The notes: generated by a model not told the origin, from the letters alone. 64,000 nt of DNA from an uncultured Bacilli bacterium (GCA_905236715.1 CAJOMQ010000004.1:5939-69938); one strand, 5' to 3'; counted from the stretch's first letter, positions 28,492-38,375 are shown. Numbers and translations: made by a program.

Positions 28492-31216
28492 TAAATCCTT
28501 ATTCTTATTAGCGGGACTTCTCGCGGTTACAGCCTTAACTGGTTGTAATAATAAAAAAGAAGAACCACAAGAAATCACTGATGAAATGATCACTAACATC
28601 ATTGAAGCATCAAATCCGGATGTGGAAGTCCATGTTGGTGAATATGAATCAATGATTAAAGATGAAACATTCTCTGAAGAAGATTATCATACCTTCACTT
28701 CTTCTAGTGTTCTTGATGCACCGAGAGATTATGTTATCACCGTTAATTACGATAATAGCGATAATCTTTCCGCCCAAAATGTCACTAACTTAATGAGTAA
28801 TATTGTTAATGCGAATGATCAAGCGAACATTATTACCATTACTGATAGAGGGGGAAATTATCAAAATAACTGTCATTTAACTCTATCTACTTCTGGTGAT
28901 TCATTTACCGTTACTAGACCTGGTGGATATGATTATGGCGAAGTTTATAAAATCGCGATTAACGATACTCCACACCTTATCTTTGATGGTAAAAGTAGTT
29001 CCATTAGAACGATTACTCTAGAAATCGAAGATGACCCCAGTGAACCTAGTGTCATTGAAGATAAAGTCTTGAAAGATGATATTGTTAATATTGATTTAGA
29101 TAAAGTTTCTAATAAACAAGTGGATACCGAAAAAGAAATCTATTCATTTGATTATGATGGTAATATCAATCTCAACAAAGGACAAATCTTCTACGCCACA
29201 AGAACCAGTGGTCCAAATAAATATTTAGATTTCTATGGCGAATACCAAGAAACCCAAGATATTGGTAATAAGAAGAGAATTATATATACCGCGCCTGATA
29301 TGGATCAAATATATAATTCATTCCATTTAAAAGATAATAAACCTTTAAATCTTGATGAATGTGATACCGAACTTCTTCTGACCCAAGAAGTCGCCACAGA
29401 ACAATTCAAAAAATCTTCTATCACCAGAGCTTTAGTTCGTACCGCCTTACCATACGCGAATAATGATTTAGAAATCGTTGGTGGTATGTTAAGTAACTTC
29501 AGAGTCAGATTTGACACTAACTATTACAACAATAGAGTTGGCTTTAAAATGATGGCGGGTATCTATGGTTATGAATTAGCCAATAAAACCTATTTAACAT
29601 TTGAATTAGGTTATGAAAAGGTCACCGATTATAATGTCGACTTTGATGTTGGTATTAAATATAAATGGATTTTACCTGTCGGTGTTGATTATAAGATCAA
29701 ATGTTTAGAAGAATGTGACAGTGCTTATTATGTCAAAGTGTATGTCACCCAATCTTGGGCGCCAGACGTCCCTGTGGGTCCCGATGATGAAAAAGATGCT
29801 GACTTCTTCAACACCCTCGCGGATAACATTGAAAAGATTGAAAATGGTATTGAGGTCTATGATGGTAGAGAAATGGGACCTTCTACTTCTGGTACCAGAA
29901 CTAGCTGGCCGATTATCCAAGTAGATTGCTATTATTTCGCTCCTGTGACATTCCGTTTAAAACTTGAAGTTTATATTGATATCGGTTTACAAGCGACTGG
30001 TTTATTCAAAAAACAAGTACACACGAATAGAGTGGATTTCTGCTTCACGAATGAAAGTGGCGCGGAAACCGATGAAGAAAATAAAACCGCGGAAACCAGT
30101 AACTGGATGGTCGCGGTCATCGGCGCCTTACATTTAGAAGTCGGTGTCAGAGCGACCTTCAACTTCTCGATTCTCGGTTTATATGACTATTTATTAGCGC
30201 AAGCTTATGCCGAAGGTTTCGTTAATGCTTCTGTTTCTGGTATGGCGGTAGCTAATATCACCACTAGAGAAATCGGCACTGATTTCACTGGCTATCTATG
30301 TCTTGACTTCGCTATCTCAGTGGGTGTTAGAGTGGGCTTATATTTCAAGATATTATGTTTTGATAAGAATATATCCAAATTACTCTTCTTCGATTACCTA
30401 TTCAGAATGTTAAATGAAAATGCTTTAGAGCATTGGTCCACATTATGTGAAGACACTGTCACTATTGATGATGGTCAAACCTTAAGCTTAGATCAAACTA
30501 ATGTCTTATGGGTGGAATATTTCGATAGTGTCACGATGCAATTAAGAGAAAAGAAATATGCCGCGGATGCGGAATATCATATCTTCTCTGGTTATATCGT
30601 TCCTGATTTTGTGAAAGATATGGGACAGGGAAAGATATTCACCTATAAATCAAATAATGAATCTTTATTAACCGTGGATAAAGATGGTGTCATTCACGTC
30701 AAAGATGGCACTCCTAATGAATTCACCACCACGATCAAGATTTCTGTCTCTAACTGGGCGGGTACCATTAGTGATAAAACGATTACCGTGAACTTCAAAG
30801 CTAACGATACCAAAGAATTATATTGTGGTGCCATGTATATCGGTAATTATCGACCTGGTTATGAAGTAGTTCTTCCCGAAGGTCCAAAAGAATATGGTAA
30901 ATGCTTCTTATATTACAATTATGGCGGTACCCATTATAACGTTGGTGATAAATTCGTGATGCCTAATGGCACCACTAATCTAGAACCAGTATATAGATTA
31001 TTAAAATACTTCACTGTCAGATTCTTTGATGGTCTTGGTAATTGTATTAGTGATAACCGCATTATGGAATTTGAAGCGGCCATTGAACCAAGTGAAAGAA
31101 TGAGAGATCGCTATATGATTTATGAAGGCAATTATGTCTTCTTAGGTTGGGATACGAAGTTCGACTATATCACTGGTGATCTTGATGTACACGCCATTTA
31201 TATGGAGGTCAAATAA
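28481..31216 (+). CDS. Large lipoprotein with C-terminal Listeria-Bacteroides-type repeat
   Basis: MKNNKSLFLLAGLLAVTALTGC (lipobox LTGC). 911 aa. The C-terminal YVFLGWDTKFDYITGDLDVHAIY matches the F-x-GW ... (Y/W) repeat pattern. It overlaps the GntR gene by 11 nt. Confidence 0.8.
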   Translation: MKNNKSLFLLAGLLAVTALTGCNNKKEEPQEITDEMITNIIEASNPDVEVHVGEYESMIKDETFSEEDYHTFTSSSVLDAPRDYVITVNYDNSDNLSAQNVTNLMSNIVNANDQANIITITDRGGNYQNNCHLTLSTSGDSFTVTRPGGYDYGEVYKIAINDTPHLIFDGKSSSIRTITLEIEDDPSEPSVIEDKVLKDDIVNIDLDKVSNKQVDTEKEIYSFDYDGNINLNKGQIFYATRTSGPNKYLDFYGEYQETQDIGNKKRIIYTAPDMDQIYNSFHLKDNKPLNLDECDTELLLTQEVATEQFKKSSITRALVRTALPYANNDLEIVGGMLSNFRVRFDTNYYNNRVGFKMMAGIYGYELANKTYLTFELGYEKVTDYNVDFDVGIKYKWILPVGVDYKIKCLEECDSAYYVKVYVTQSWAPDVPVGPDDEKDADFFNTLADNIEKIENGIEVYDGREMGPSTSGTRTSWPIIQVDCYYFAPVTFRLKLEVYIDIGLQATGLFKKQVHTNRVDFCFTNESGAETDEENKTAETSNWMVAVIGALHLEVGVRATFNFSILGLYDYLLAQAYAEGFVNASVSGMAVANITTREIGTDFTGYLCLDFAISVGVRVGLYFKILCFDKNISKLLFFDYLFRMLNENALEHWSTLCEDTVTIDDGQTLSLDQTNVLWVEYFDSVTMQLREKKYAADAEYHIFSGYIVPDFVKDMGQGKIFTYKSNNESLLTVDKDGVIHVKDGTPNEFTTTIKISVSNWAGTISDKTITVNFKANDTKELYCGAMYIGNYRPGYEVVLPEGPKEYGKCFLYYNYGGTHYNVGDKFVMPNGTTNLEPVYRLLKYFTVRFFDGLGNCISDNRIMEFEAAIEPSERMRDRYMIYEGNYVFLGWDTKFDYITGDLDVHAIYMEVK

Positions 31217-31217
31217 T

Positions 31218-32552
31218 ATGAAAAACATGAAATTATTGATGTTACTGCCTTCTTTACTTATGACGGGATTAGTCGGTTGTAATAATAAGAAATCGAATAA
31301 TGATAGACCCTATCAAGAAGATTTCACTTATGAAACACCACTATATATTCCCTTAGATGTTACTAAAGAAGGAACCACGATTGATAGATTAGAAGTATTA
31401 GGTTTATATAGACCAATCAAAGTCGCCGAATTTGACGACAATGATGTCCAAATCCGCGCGTGGTATAAAGATGGTACTTCCCATAATTTCGATTTTGATG
31501 TCGTTAATGTCCCACTAGAATTCCGACATTTATTAGGGGAGGTTGGTAATCATGAATTTGATATCGCCTTCGGTGGAGAAAAAGTTAATTTTAACTTCAC
31601 CATTGAAGAGAACCCTGACTTTAAAGGTTATACCTGCTATTTCTATGATAAAGATAAGAAATTAATGGATACCGAAGTTGTTGGTTATTATCAAGAGGCG
31701 ATATATAAAGGTCAAGAATTACCAGAAATTATTGATGATAACGATTATCAATATACTTTAATCGGTTGGGATCATAGCACCCAATATATCAATCAAGATA
31801 TGCAGTTTCTCGCTATCTATGACAAATTAGAAAAACGTCTAAGAGCCGCCAAACCATATAGCATGGGTTATCATACTTGCGCTGGATTAGTGACTTCTGA
31901 CGGTAATAGCGGGAAAGCCCTTATATATATCGGTAGAGTATATAGAGTGGCCACCCTCTATAGTGAAATCAAAGAATTAAATGGAGAAGATCTCAAATTT
32001 GATTTCTCTAATTACGTAGACTTTGGTCCATTCTATAACGATGTCAATGATAGCGTAGCTTCCTTAATCAAATTCCAATCCGACTTTGATTACAATTCCA
32101 AATTATATGGTAACGCTGCGGAAATCGTCTCATCCCCACGATTTGCGATGTCATTTGATTCCCGCTATAGCTTCAATGGAATGAAAGTCTATTTAGAAGA
32201 TGGTAATACCGCAGAACTACATAATAACGATCCATATGATTATTCCTATAATCGTATTAATGGTTATTTATTCAATGAAAGAACCGTTAGTAAAAGCGAA
32301 AAAGCGGGCTATTACCGTATGGCGTTATTGAATGATTATGATGTCTATTTATCCGCATCATTTAATAGATTAGAAAAAGGTATCTATGAAATTGGTGCTT
32401 ATAACGAATTCCTTATTTCACCAGTTAACTATTCCCTTAATCTCGTCATTCAACATAGTTATGACGGTATCTTCATGAATAACTTTGATAGCGAACTAGT
32501 TGTATCCACAAGAGGTTTATATAACGCAGCGAATGCGATTTATTGGAAATAG
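31218..32552 (+). CDS. Lipoprotein with Listeria-Bacteroides-type repeat
   Basis: The ATG at 31218 is preceded by GGAGG (31204-31208). MKNMKLLMLLPSLLMTGLVGC (lipobox LVGC). It contains YTLIGWDHSTQYINQDMQFLAIY. Confidence 0.8.
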   Translation: MKNMKLLMLLPSLLMTGLVGCNNKKSNNDRPYQEDFTYETPLYIPLDVTKEGTTIDRLEVLGLYRPIKVAEFDDNDVQIRAWYKDGTSHNFDFDVVNVPLEFRHLLGEVGNHEFDIAFGGEKVNFNFTIEENPDFKGYTCYFYDKDKKLMDTEVVGYYQEAIYKGQELPEIIDDNDYQYTLIGWDHSTQYINQDMQFLAIYDKLEKRLRAAKPYSMGYHTCAGLVTSDGNSGKALIYIGRVYRVATLYSEIKELNGEDLKFDFSNYVDFGPFYNDVNDSVASLIKFQSDFDYNSKLYGNAAEIVSSPRFAMSFDSRYSFNGMKVYLEDGNTAELHNNDPYDYSYNRINGYLFNERTVSKSEKAGYYRMALLNDYDVYLSASFNRLEKGIYEIGAYNEFLISPVNYSLNLVIQHSYDGIFMNNFDSELVVSTRGLYNAANAIYWK

Positions 32553-32625
32553 TACTAGATTTTAAAAAGATAAATCCCAAGTTCGTCAAAGTTATTTATT
32601 TGAAGCACTAGTTGCTCATTAAGAA

Positions 32626-32668
32626 AAAGACCACGAATCTTTTATAGGAACGTGGTCTTTTTATTTTG
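32626..32668 (+). terminator. Rho-independent terminator of the lipoprotein operon
   Basis: Perfect 10-bp stem AAAGACCACG (32626-32635) / CGTGGTCTTT (32651-32660), followed by TTATTTTGG. Confidence 0.8.
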
Positions 32669-32903
32669 GCGCATATATCTTTTCTAAATCCAAATCCTTT
32701 TTACAGTATGTACATCAGCAAATCTCTCTTAGAAAATAAGCTTACCGCCGAGGAAGAGTATAATAATTATACGAGGAATCGCAATTCTCCAAATGGGTAT
32801 TTATAAATCAAAGTTGATATTAATGGTTGCAAAATAACAATTAGGGGCGTAGTGATAGACGTAGTTGGTAATATTGGCGCAACATATGAGGAGAAGGATT
32901 AAA

Positions 32904-33230
32904 ATGAAACATACTGCTTTAACAAAAAAAGTAATTGAATTAATGTCTCAAAATAATAATGCATTATTAGAACAATTTAATGCTGCTACTTCTACCGAGG
33001 AATCAAACGACTCTGGTTATTATGTTGATTTCAAAGTTAATAACAATATTAGTCCATTATCAACCAGCAAATTGCCAAGCATTATTGGAAAAAACAAAGA
33101 TGGTAAAATAATTGTTGGGTTCGTCATGTTTGTAAAAGACGGATACGTAGATTGTTTTGAAGGATACACTTTTGGTGATGAGAAGTGGCCAAATTCTGAT
33201 GATGAGATATCAATAGAAATAGCAAAATGA
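32904..33230 (+). CDS. Small hypothetical protein
   Basis: The ATG at 32904 is preceded by a GAGGAGAAGG RBS. 108 aa: MKHTALTKKVIELMSQ...IVGFVMFVKDGYVDCFEGYTFGDEKWP. No family assigned. Confidence 0.55.
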   Translation: MKHTALTKKVIELMSQNNNALLEQFNAATSTEESNDSGYYVDFKVNNNISPLSTSKLPSIIGKNKDGKIIVGFVMFVKDGYVDCFEGYTFGDEKWPNSDDEISIEIAK

Positions 33231-33359
33231 CTTGATTGCTGAATTAATGAAGCTGTTGCATAACTGGCTTTTTAATTATAAAAAAGTTCCCACCATTTGC
33301 TAGGAGAATAGCGATGGGACCATGTATGAGGATAGCAGAAAGGAGGCTACAACAAGTTT

Positions 33360-33992
33360 TTATTCAAAATGTTTATCATGTATTTCGTTTACTGTTTCAG
33401 CGAATATCGACCTAGATTTCTTGTTTGAATCGAGATTATTTGATTTTTTGATTAAATATAAGTCTCTTACTTCTTGCCAATAGCCACATTCTTTAATATC
33501 GGCTATTCTTTCATTTAATCGATAGAATCCTTCTGGTTGAAATTCCCAAGAATATGATTGTTGATTTTTATTAAACCTAACATACTGCTGTCTTCCATCG
33601 CTACAATCATACACGATTGCAAAATCACAACTATGTAGAATTTTGGAATTTTTCTTATCTTTCACTTTAATAGTGATGACCCTAGAACTATCTTCTGCAT
33701 AATCATATTTAAATTTATTGCTATGCTTATTAAATCCGTTCATTAGTATCGTTTTAAGCTCTTCAGCTGAAAAGTCCTCATCTGGATCATTGACTCTGAT
33801 ATTCACATCAAAATCATAGCCAATATTCCCGTTAACTTCCCTAGTAATCATATTTCTTGATGCACTGCCAATAAAATCATATCTAAAAGTAAACTTTTCT
33901 CTTACTTCATCCTGCACCAAATGAATCAGTTCAATCAGTTCCTCTTTGACTGGTCCATATTCTTTCTTTGAAACATACTCAAATTCTTTCAT
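33360..33992 (-). CDS. Pol-beta superfamily nucleotidyltransferase (SMODS/OAS-like minimal NTase)
   Basis: The ATG at 33992 has a GGAGG RBS 7 nt upstream. 210 aa. Catalytic pattern FIGSASRNMITREVNGNIGYDFDVNI (G-S ... D-x-D) plus a third acidic site HSCDFAIVYD, followed by a helical C-terminal half. Confidence 0.65.
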   Translation of the reverse strand: MKEFEYVSKKEYGPVKEELIELIHLVQDEVREKFTFRYDFIGSASRNMITREVNGNIGYDFDVNIRVNDPDEDFSAEELKTILMNGFNKHSNKFKYDYAEDSSRVITIKVKDKKNSKILHSCDFAIVYDCSDGRQQYVRFNKNQQSYSWEFQPEGFYRLNERIADIKECGYWQEVRDLYLIKKSNNLDSNKKSRSIFAETVNEIHDKHFE

Positions 33993-34202
33993 GAAAATAC
34001 CTCCATAAAAATAGATATTCCCCAAACCAACCATCTAAAGTATATTGCTTTAAATCGTTATAGATTACAACAGGATTTACAAATGCGCAAGAGTAATTTT
34101 AAACGTTATATTTTCGCTTGCTCAACTAGCACCCCGCCACCTCTAAAAAGTACCAATCGCTTATTTTTGGGGATTGTCACAAATTATTGCTTGTCTATTT
34201 AC

Positions 34203-34228
34203 ATAAGAAAAGCGGCTCAATTGCCGCC
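34203..34228 (-). terminator. Weak rho-independent terminator after the helicase gene
   Basis: The minus strand reads GGGCGGC-AATTGA-GCCGC followed by TTTTCTTATG. The stem is only 5 bp. Confidence 0.45.
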
Positions 34229-34233
34229 CATAA

Positions 34234-37200
34234 TTAAAGATATTTTTTAACTATTTCTAATACCTGCTCACCATATTGAGCACAGTTGTTCTTACCAAAC
34301 CCATGAAGTTTCATTAGTTCTTCCATTGTCTTTGGTAGATTAATTACTACCTGAGCCAGTGCATTATCACTTAATACAACAAAAGCAAACACATTGAGTT
34401 CTTTAGCTTTAGCCATTCTCCATTTTTTCAAATCACGGAATAATTGAGTGTCTTCGATTTTCTTTCCAATAAACGAACTGACACTGCTGTCCATAATGAT
34501 TTGCGTTTTTAATTTTTCTGGTTTCTTCTCTTTTTGCGCAGAAACTTCCTCAACATCCTTTTCTAAGGACTTACGAGTGGCTTTATAGTAATTCACAATC
34601 AAATCATCAATAATTTCATAGATATGTGTAAGATTGACATTATTTAATGGAACTGACTTTAAATCATCTTTATGAGCAAAGTGGTAGCAAAATAACATCT
34701 TTTTATTGTCAATCCAAAACCAGTGCCATGATTTTCCATTTTTAATAAATGCGTTTTTATCATTGCCATTATACAAACGAATATAATCACTATATTTTTC
34801 ACAATACCTACAAATTGCGTCTATCAAGACACGGTTGCTTTCAACTAGTTTTTCGTCGGCCGCTTTCTTTTCCTCTTTTAAAACCTTCGCTTTTTCGATG
34901 GCTTCTGAAGTATTTATAGTTTCTTTTTCCTCGCCTTTGTATTTTAAACCAGTCCTATTGTTAACTTCTTCTAATGATCTCTTTTGAATCTCATCAGCTG
35001 GGTAAAGTTGATTGAATTGTTGTAAGGACATAGTTTCATTACAACCAGTACCATCATTTTTATAATTTGTGCATCCTAAGAAGAACGAATTTTCCTCTGT
35101 TTTCTTTTTAACAATTAAATAACCATCTAGACATGAACATTTCAACACTCTTAGTCTTCCGCCTTTGATGTCATTTGTCATAAAACCACACAATTCATGC
35201 TCGTTGGTGCAAACATAAAGAGGAATACCAATGTTATTGCCTTTAATTCTCTTAAGTGGGAACCCACAATCAGGGCAGTAATATACATGGTCTTTTTTAA
35301 GCGTTTCATTGAAAACACCCTTCACCACTACATTTTTATATCCCTTATCTAAAATTAATTCAGATACAAATTCAGATGGTTTAGTTTCGGGGGCAAGAAT
35401 AAAGACTCTGTTGCTAGTTCTTGTTAAAGCAACATAGAAAAGTCTTCTTTCTTCAGCATATTCAACACTATTATCACGTCTAATAACTAAATCCATGATT
35501 GGGTCATCTTCCTTCTTTGAGGGGAATCCCCATAAGTCATTCATACCATTAATAATGATGACATTATCATATGTTAAGCCTTTTGAACTGTGGGCGGTCA
35601 TAAAAGCAAGCCTCAACGTTGGATATTTTTTGCAAATTAATCTTTTTTCAGTTTCGCTATAATCAAATAAATTATAGGTTTCACGCTCTTCTTCGGTCAT
35701 ATTGTCATAATCAGATGTTTTATCTCTTCCAACAGACAAGCGTTCAGCATCAAAGTTATAACGACCAATCAAAAGAATTGGTTCTTTGCCTTTTTCTCTA
35801 TTTAAAATTTCTGGATTTTCAGAAACTAATCTATCAAGAATTGCTTGTAGAGCATTCGCCTTTTGATATGTTGCATTCTTTAAGTCTTGTTCTTTAATCT
35901 TTTTCTTATCGTCACAATAAGAATAAATGATTACAGGGTCTTCAAGATTCTTTGGTGACTTTAATTGCTTAACGTATTGGGTATTATTCTTAAGAATGAA
36001 TCTACCCGCTATATTAATTAGCTCTTGCGCATTTCTATATGTGTTATTGATATATAGTTGCTCACAGCCAAGCCTATCATTCTTAACGTTCTTTTTGAAT
36101 TCGGTGAAAAGAGTGATATCTGAACCACTAAAGGCATAAATTGATTGCCAGTCATCACCAACAGCCATTATCTTTGCATCACATATTTTAGATAGCTCTT
36201 TTGTTAAGTTATAACGTTGGTGCGAAATATCCTGATATTCATCGACAATGATATATTTGTATTTCAAAGATTCGTGATTTTCCTGCATTTCTCTGATAAT
36301 TTGGACAGAATCATTAATCATATCCGAGAAATCAATGGCGTTATTAATACGTAAGTCGTTTTGATAATTGTTATACGCGCCTTCACAGATATCCAAGAAA
36401 ACTTTATCTCTTTCATTCTTGGTTTTACTTCTAAGCGTTTTAAAATAACCAGGACCATAACCATTAGTTTTATATGCGCTGATGAAATCCTTGATGAAGA
36501 ACACCATACGATTAATATATTTGTTCGATTCGCTTGTCAAAATGGTTTGGAATATTTCCTCTTCTGACTTCTTATGAAGCTCAAATCCGTTCTTAACTAA
36601 TTCTTCTTCTAAATGAGAAATGATGTCTCTTCCATCGCTATAAGCACCAAAAGTTTTTAATAGCGTAGTGCCATGTTCTTTATGAAGAGCAACTTTATCC
36701 CTAATAGCTTTAATGTATCTATCTATTTCAGTTTGAGAACGAGAATCATTTGTTCCTTTATCCGAAACCATACCAAAATGTTCGAGATAAGCATCTTTGC
36801 TTCCTTGAAATAAATGGAAATCAGGTGTGTAAATCTTATGTGATCCTTTGATTTGGAACTTATAAGGATCTTCATAGACATAATCAATACCATTGATATA
36901 TAAGAAGTTTGCTATTTGCATTTCTTGATAAGAAGCCACGGCCTCATCACAAATTGTCTTATTTTTTTCATCACGCTTTTCAGCTATGGTTTTTACTCTA
37001 TCTTGAAGCTCGCTTCTCATGGTAATGAAATCCTTTTTGCTAACATAGGCAAAGAACTCATCAAGAGGCATATCAAATCTTGGCGGAAGATCTAAATAGC
37101 TAGCAAAAAATAGCAATATCTTATTTGTCATTGTTTTATCTACAAGGATTTTTCCTCTTAGATAATCACGTATACTAGAAAATAGAAATTGTTCTTCTTT

Positions 37201-37869
37201 GATGGTTTTTCTTTCTTCGTTCTTATAAATAATGGATGAACCCACCGAATGGAATGTGGATATATCACACGCTATTTTGAGTTTTTTATTAATTCTTTCC
37301 TTTAATTCATCAACAGCTTTGTTCGTGAAGGAAATAACAAGTATTTCATCTGGCGAAACATTTCTTTTGTCTACTAAGTATTTAACTTTGGCCGCAACAG
37401 TTGTTGTTTTACCAGCGCCAGCGCCAGCAACGACTAGAGTATTGTCTTCTTCTCTAACCACCACTTTTAACTGGTCGTTATCTAATCTCACGTTTGGATC
37501 AAACGCGTCTAGAATATGTGCAAAGTATTCTTTGTTGTCATTTATCTCTTTATCAGTATATGAGTCATTGTGGGCATTTCTAATGTCGTCATTTACGTAA
37601 AATGCCAAAAACTCATCAACATCGGCAGGATTAATAGACTTTTTATTGCAATACTCCAAAAGCATGCCGCTTGCTTTCATTGTGCTAAGCTCCTTGCTTA
37701 ATTCGGAGTAATTATCAAGAATGTCTAAGTATTCTTTTCTAGACAAAAAAGAAGAATGACAAATTCTAGAATTGATATCAAAAATTGCCCTAGTAACAAT
37801 GTCGTTCAAATATGATTTTGATTCTTTTTCAATTCTTTTCTTTTTAAAAAGCTTTGTAAATAATCCCAT
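34234..37869 (-). CDS. Giant UvrD/Rep/helicase IV-like SF1 helicase with an inserted nuclease-like module, two topoisomerase-type zinc ribbons and an HRDC-like C-terminus
   Basis: - **Helicase motifs:** AGAGAGKTTT (I), YIIVDEYQDIS (II), VGDDWQSIYAFSG (III), TAHSSKGLTYDNV (V), RRLFYVALTRT (VI).
- **Insert:** IANFLYINGIDYVYEDPYKF...IYTPDFHLFQGSKDAYLEHFG (PD..E-type).
- **Zinc ribbons:** YYCPDCGFPL...YVCTNEHELCGF and LKCSCLDGY...LGCTNYKNDGTGC.
- **C-terminus:** LFRDLKKWRMAKAKELNVFAFVVLSDNALAQVV...LMKLHGFGKNNCAQYGEQVL, resembling the RecQ HRDC region.
- **Start:** first ATG at 37869; the track start at 37893 is a TTG. Confidence 0.8.
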   Translation of the reverse strand: MGLFTKLFKKKRIEKESKSYLNDIVTRAIFDINSRICHSSFLSRKEYLDILDNYSELSKELSTMKASGMLLEYCNKKSINPADVDEFLAFYVNDDIRNAHNDSYTDKEINDNKEYFAHILDAFDPNVRLDNDQLKVVVREEDNTLVVAGAGAGKTTTVAAKVKYLVDKRNVSPDEILVISFTNKAVDELKERINKKLKIACDISTFHSVGSSIIYKNEERKTIKEEQFLFSSIRDYLRGKILVDKTMTNKILLFFASYLDLPPRFDMPLDEFFAYVSKKDFITMRSELQDRVKTIAEKRDEKNKTICDEAVASYQEMQIANFLYINGIDYVYEDPYKFQIKGSHKIYTPDFHLFQGSKDAYLEHFGMVSDKGTNDSRSQTEIDRYIKAIRDKVALHKEHGTTLLKTFGAYSDGRDIISHLEEELVKNGFELHKKSEEEIFQTILTSESNKYINRMVFFIKDFISAYKTNGYGPGYFKTLRSKTKNERDKVFLDICEGAYNNYQNDLRINNAIDFSDMINDSVQIIREMQENHESLKYKYIIVDEYQDISHQRYNLTKELSKICDAKIMAVGDDWQSIYAFSGSDITLFTEFKKNVKNDRLGCEQLYINNTYRNAQELINIAGRFILKNNTQYVKQLKSPKNLEDPVIIYSYCDDKKKIKEQDLKNATYQKANALQAILDRLVSENPEILNREKGKEPILLIGRYNFDAERLSVGRDKTSDYDNMTEEERETYNLFDYSETEKRLICKKYPTLRLAFMTAHSSKGLTYDNVIIINGMNDLWGFPSKKEDDPIMDLVIRRDNSVEYAEERRLFYVALTRTSNRVFILAPETKPSEFVSELILDKGYKNVVVKGVFNETLKKDHVYYCPDCGFPLKRIKGNNIGIPLYVCTNEHELCGFMTNDIKGGRLRVLKCSCLDGYLIVKKKTEENSFFLGCTNYKNDGTGCNETMSLQQFNQLYPADEIQKRSLEEVNNRTGLKYKGEEKETINTSEAIEKAKVLKEEKKAADEKLVESNRVLIDAICRYCEKYSDYIRLYNGNDKNAFIKNGKSWHWFWIDNKKMLFCYHFAHKDDLKSVPLNNVNLTHIYEIIDDLIVNYYKATRKSLEKDVEEVSAQKEKKPEKLKTQIIMDSSVSSFIGKKIEDTQLFRDLKKWRMAKAKELNVFAFVVLSDNALAQVVINLPKTMEELMKLHGFGKNNCAQYGEQVLEIVKKYL

Positions 37870-37915
37870 ACTGCAAGTATTATACGACAGCAATTCATAT
37901 TCGCGAAGTAATTCC

Positions 37916-38216
37916 CTAGTTTGAATTATAAAATATCGTTGAGCATTTTTTTACGCAACGCTTTTTCTTTGCATTATCAGGATGAACATAAAGATTCATT
38001 GTTGTTGTAATGTTCGCGTGACCTAATATAATGCTAACGGTTTTAGCACTGTTTTTAGACTAGATGCATCGGGCAGCAAAGCTATGTCTCAAACCATGGA
38101 ACTTCAAATAAGAAGTATTGAGTAGTTTTAAGACTTTCTTATAGTAATTCCTATATGTTCTTGGCTCAATTGGGTTTTCATCATTGCTAAGAACAAAGAA
38201 TTTACAATTAACAATT
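37916..38216 (-). pseudogene. Tyrosine recombinase (phage-type integrase) C-terminal remnant with an internal stop
   Basis: The minus-strand translation reads VNCKFFVLSNDENPIEPRTYRNYYKKVLKLLNTSYLKFHGLRHSFAARCI*SKNSAKTVSIILGHANITTTMNLYVHPDNAKKKR. It retains the catalytic-box motifs HGLRHSF and LGH...Y. There is a TAG at 38060-38062, and no N-terminal or core-binding part remains. Confidence 0.75.
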
Positions 38217-38375
38217 TACCTTTTGACATACCTAATAATTGCCAATGGATTAGATTTGAAAATGCGATAAACATTTAAACTCCAAAACTACCAATCTTTG
38301 ATTGGTAAAGGTAATATAGAGGCTATTAAAAATATACCAATTTATACTCAGAAACAAAGGAATAATACAACTTTT

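Noticed and set aside
32553-33359. A tRNA gene or att site marking the left border of the island
   Set aside because: I found no cloverleaf-compatible sequence and no clear direct repeat by eye in the intergenic stretches. The border cannot be defined from this window alone.
33360-37869. Calling the NTase plus helicase a CBASS or Gabija system
   Set aside because: No CBASS effector or Cap2/Cap3 genes are present, and the NTase is smaller than typical CD-NTases. Gabija needs an OLD-family ATPase-TOPRIM GajA, which is absent. A terminator-like hairpin separates the two genes.
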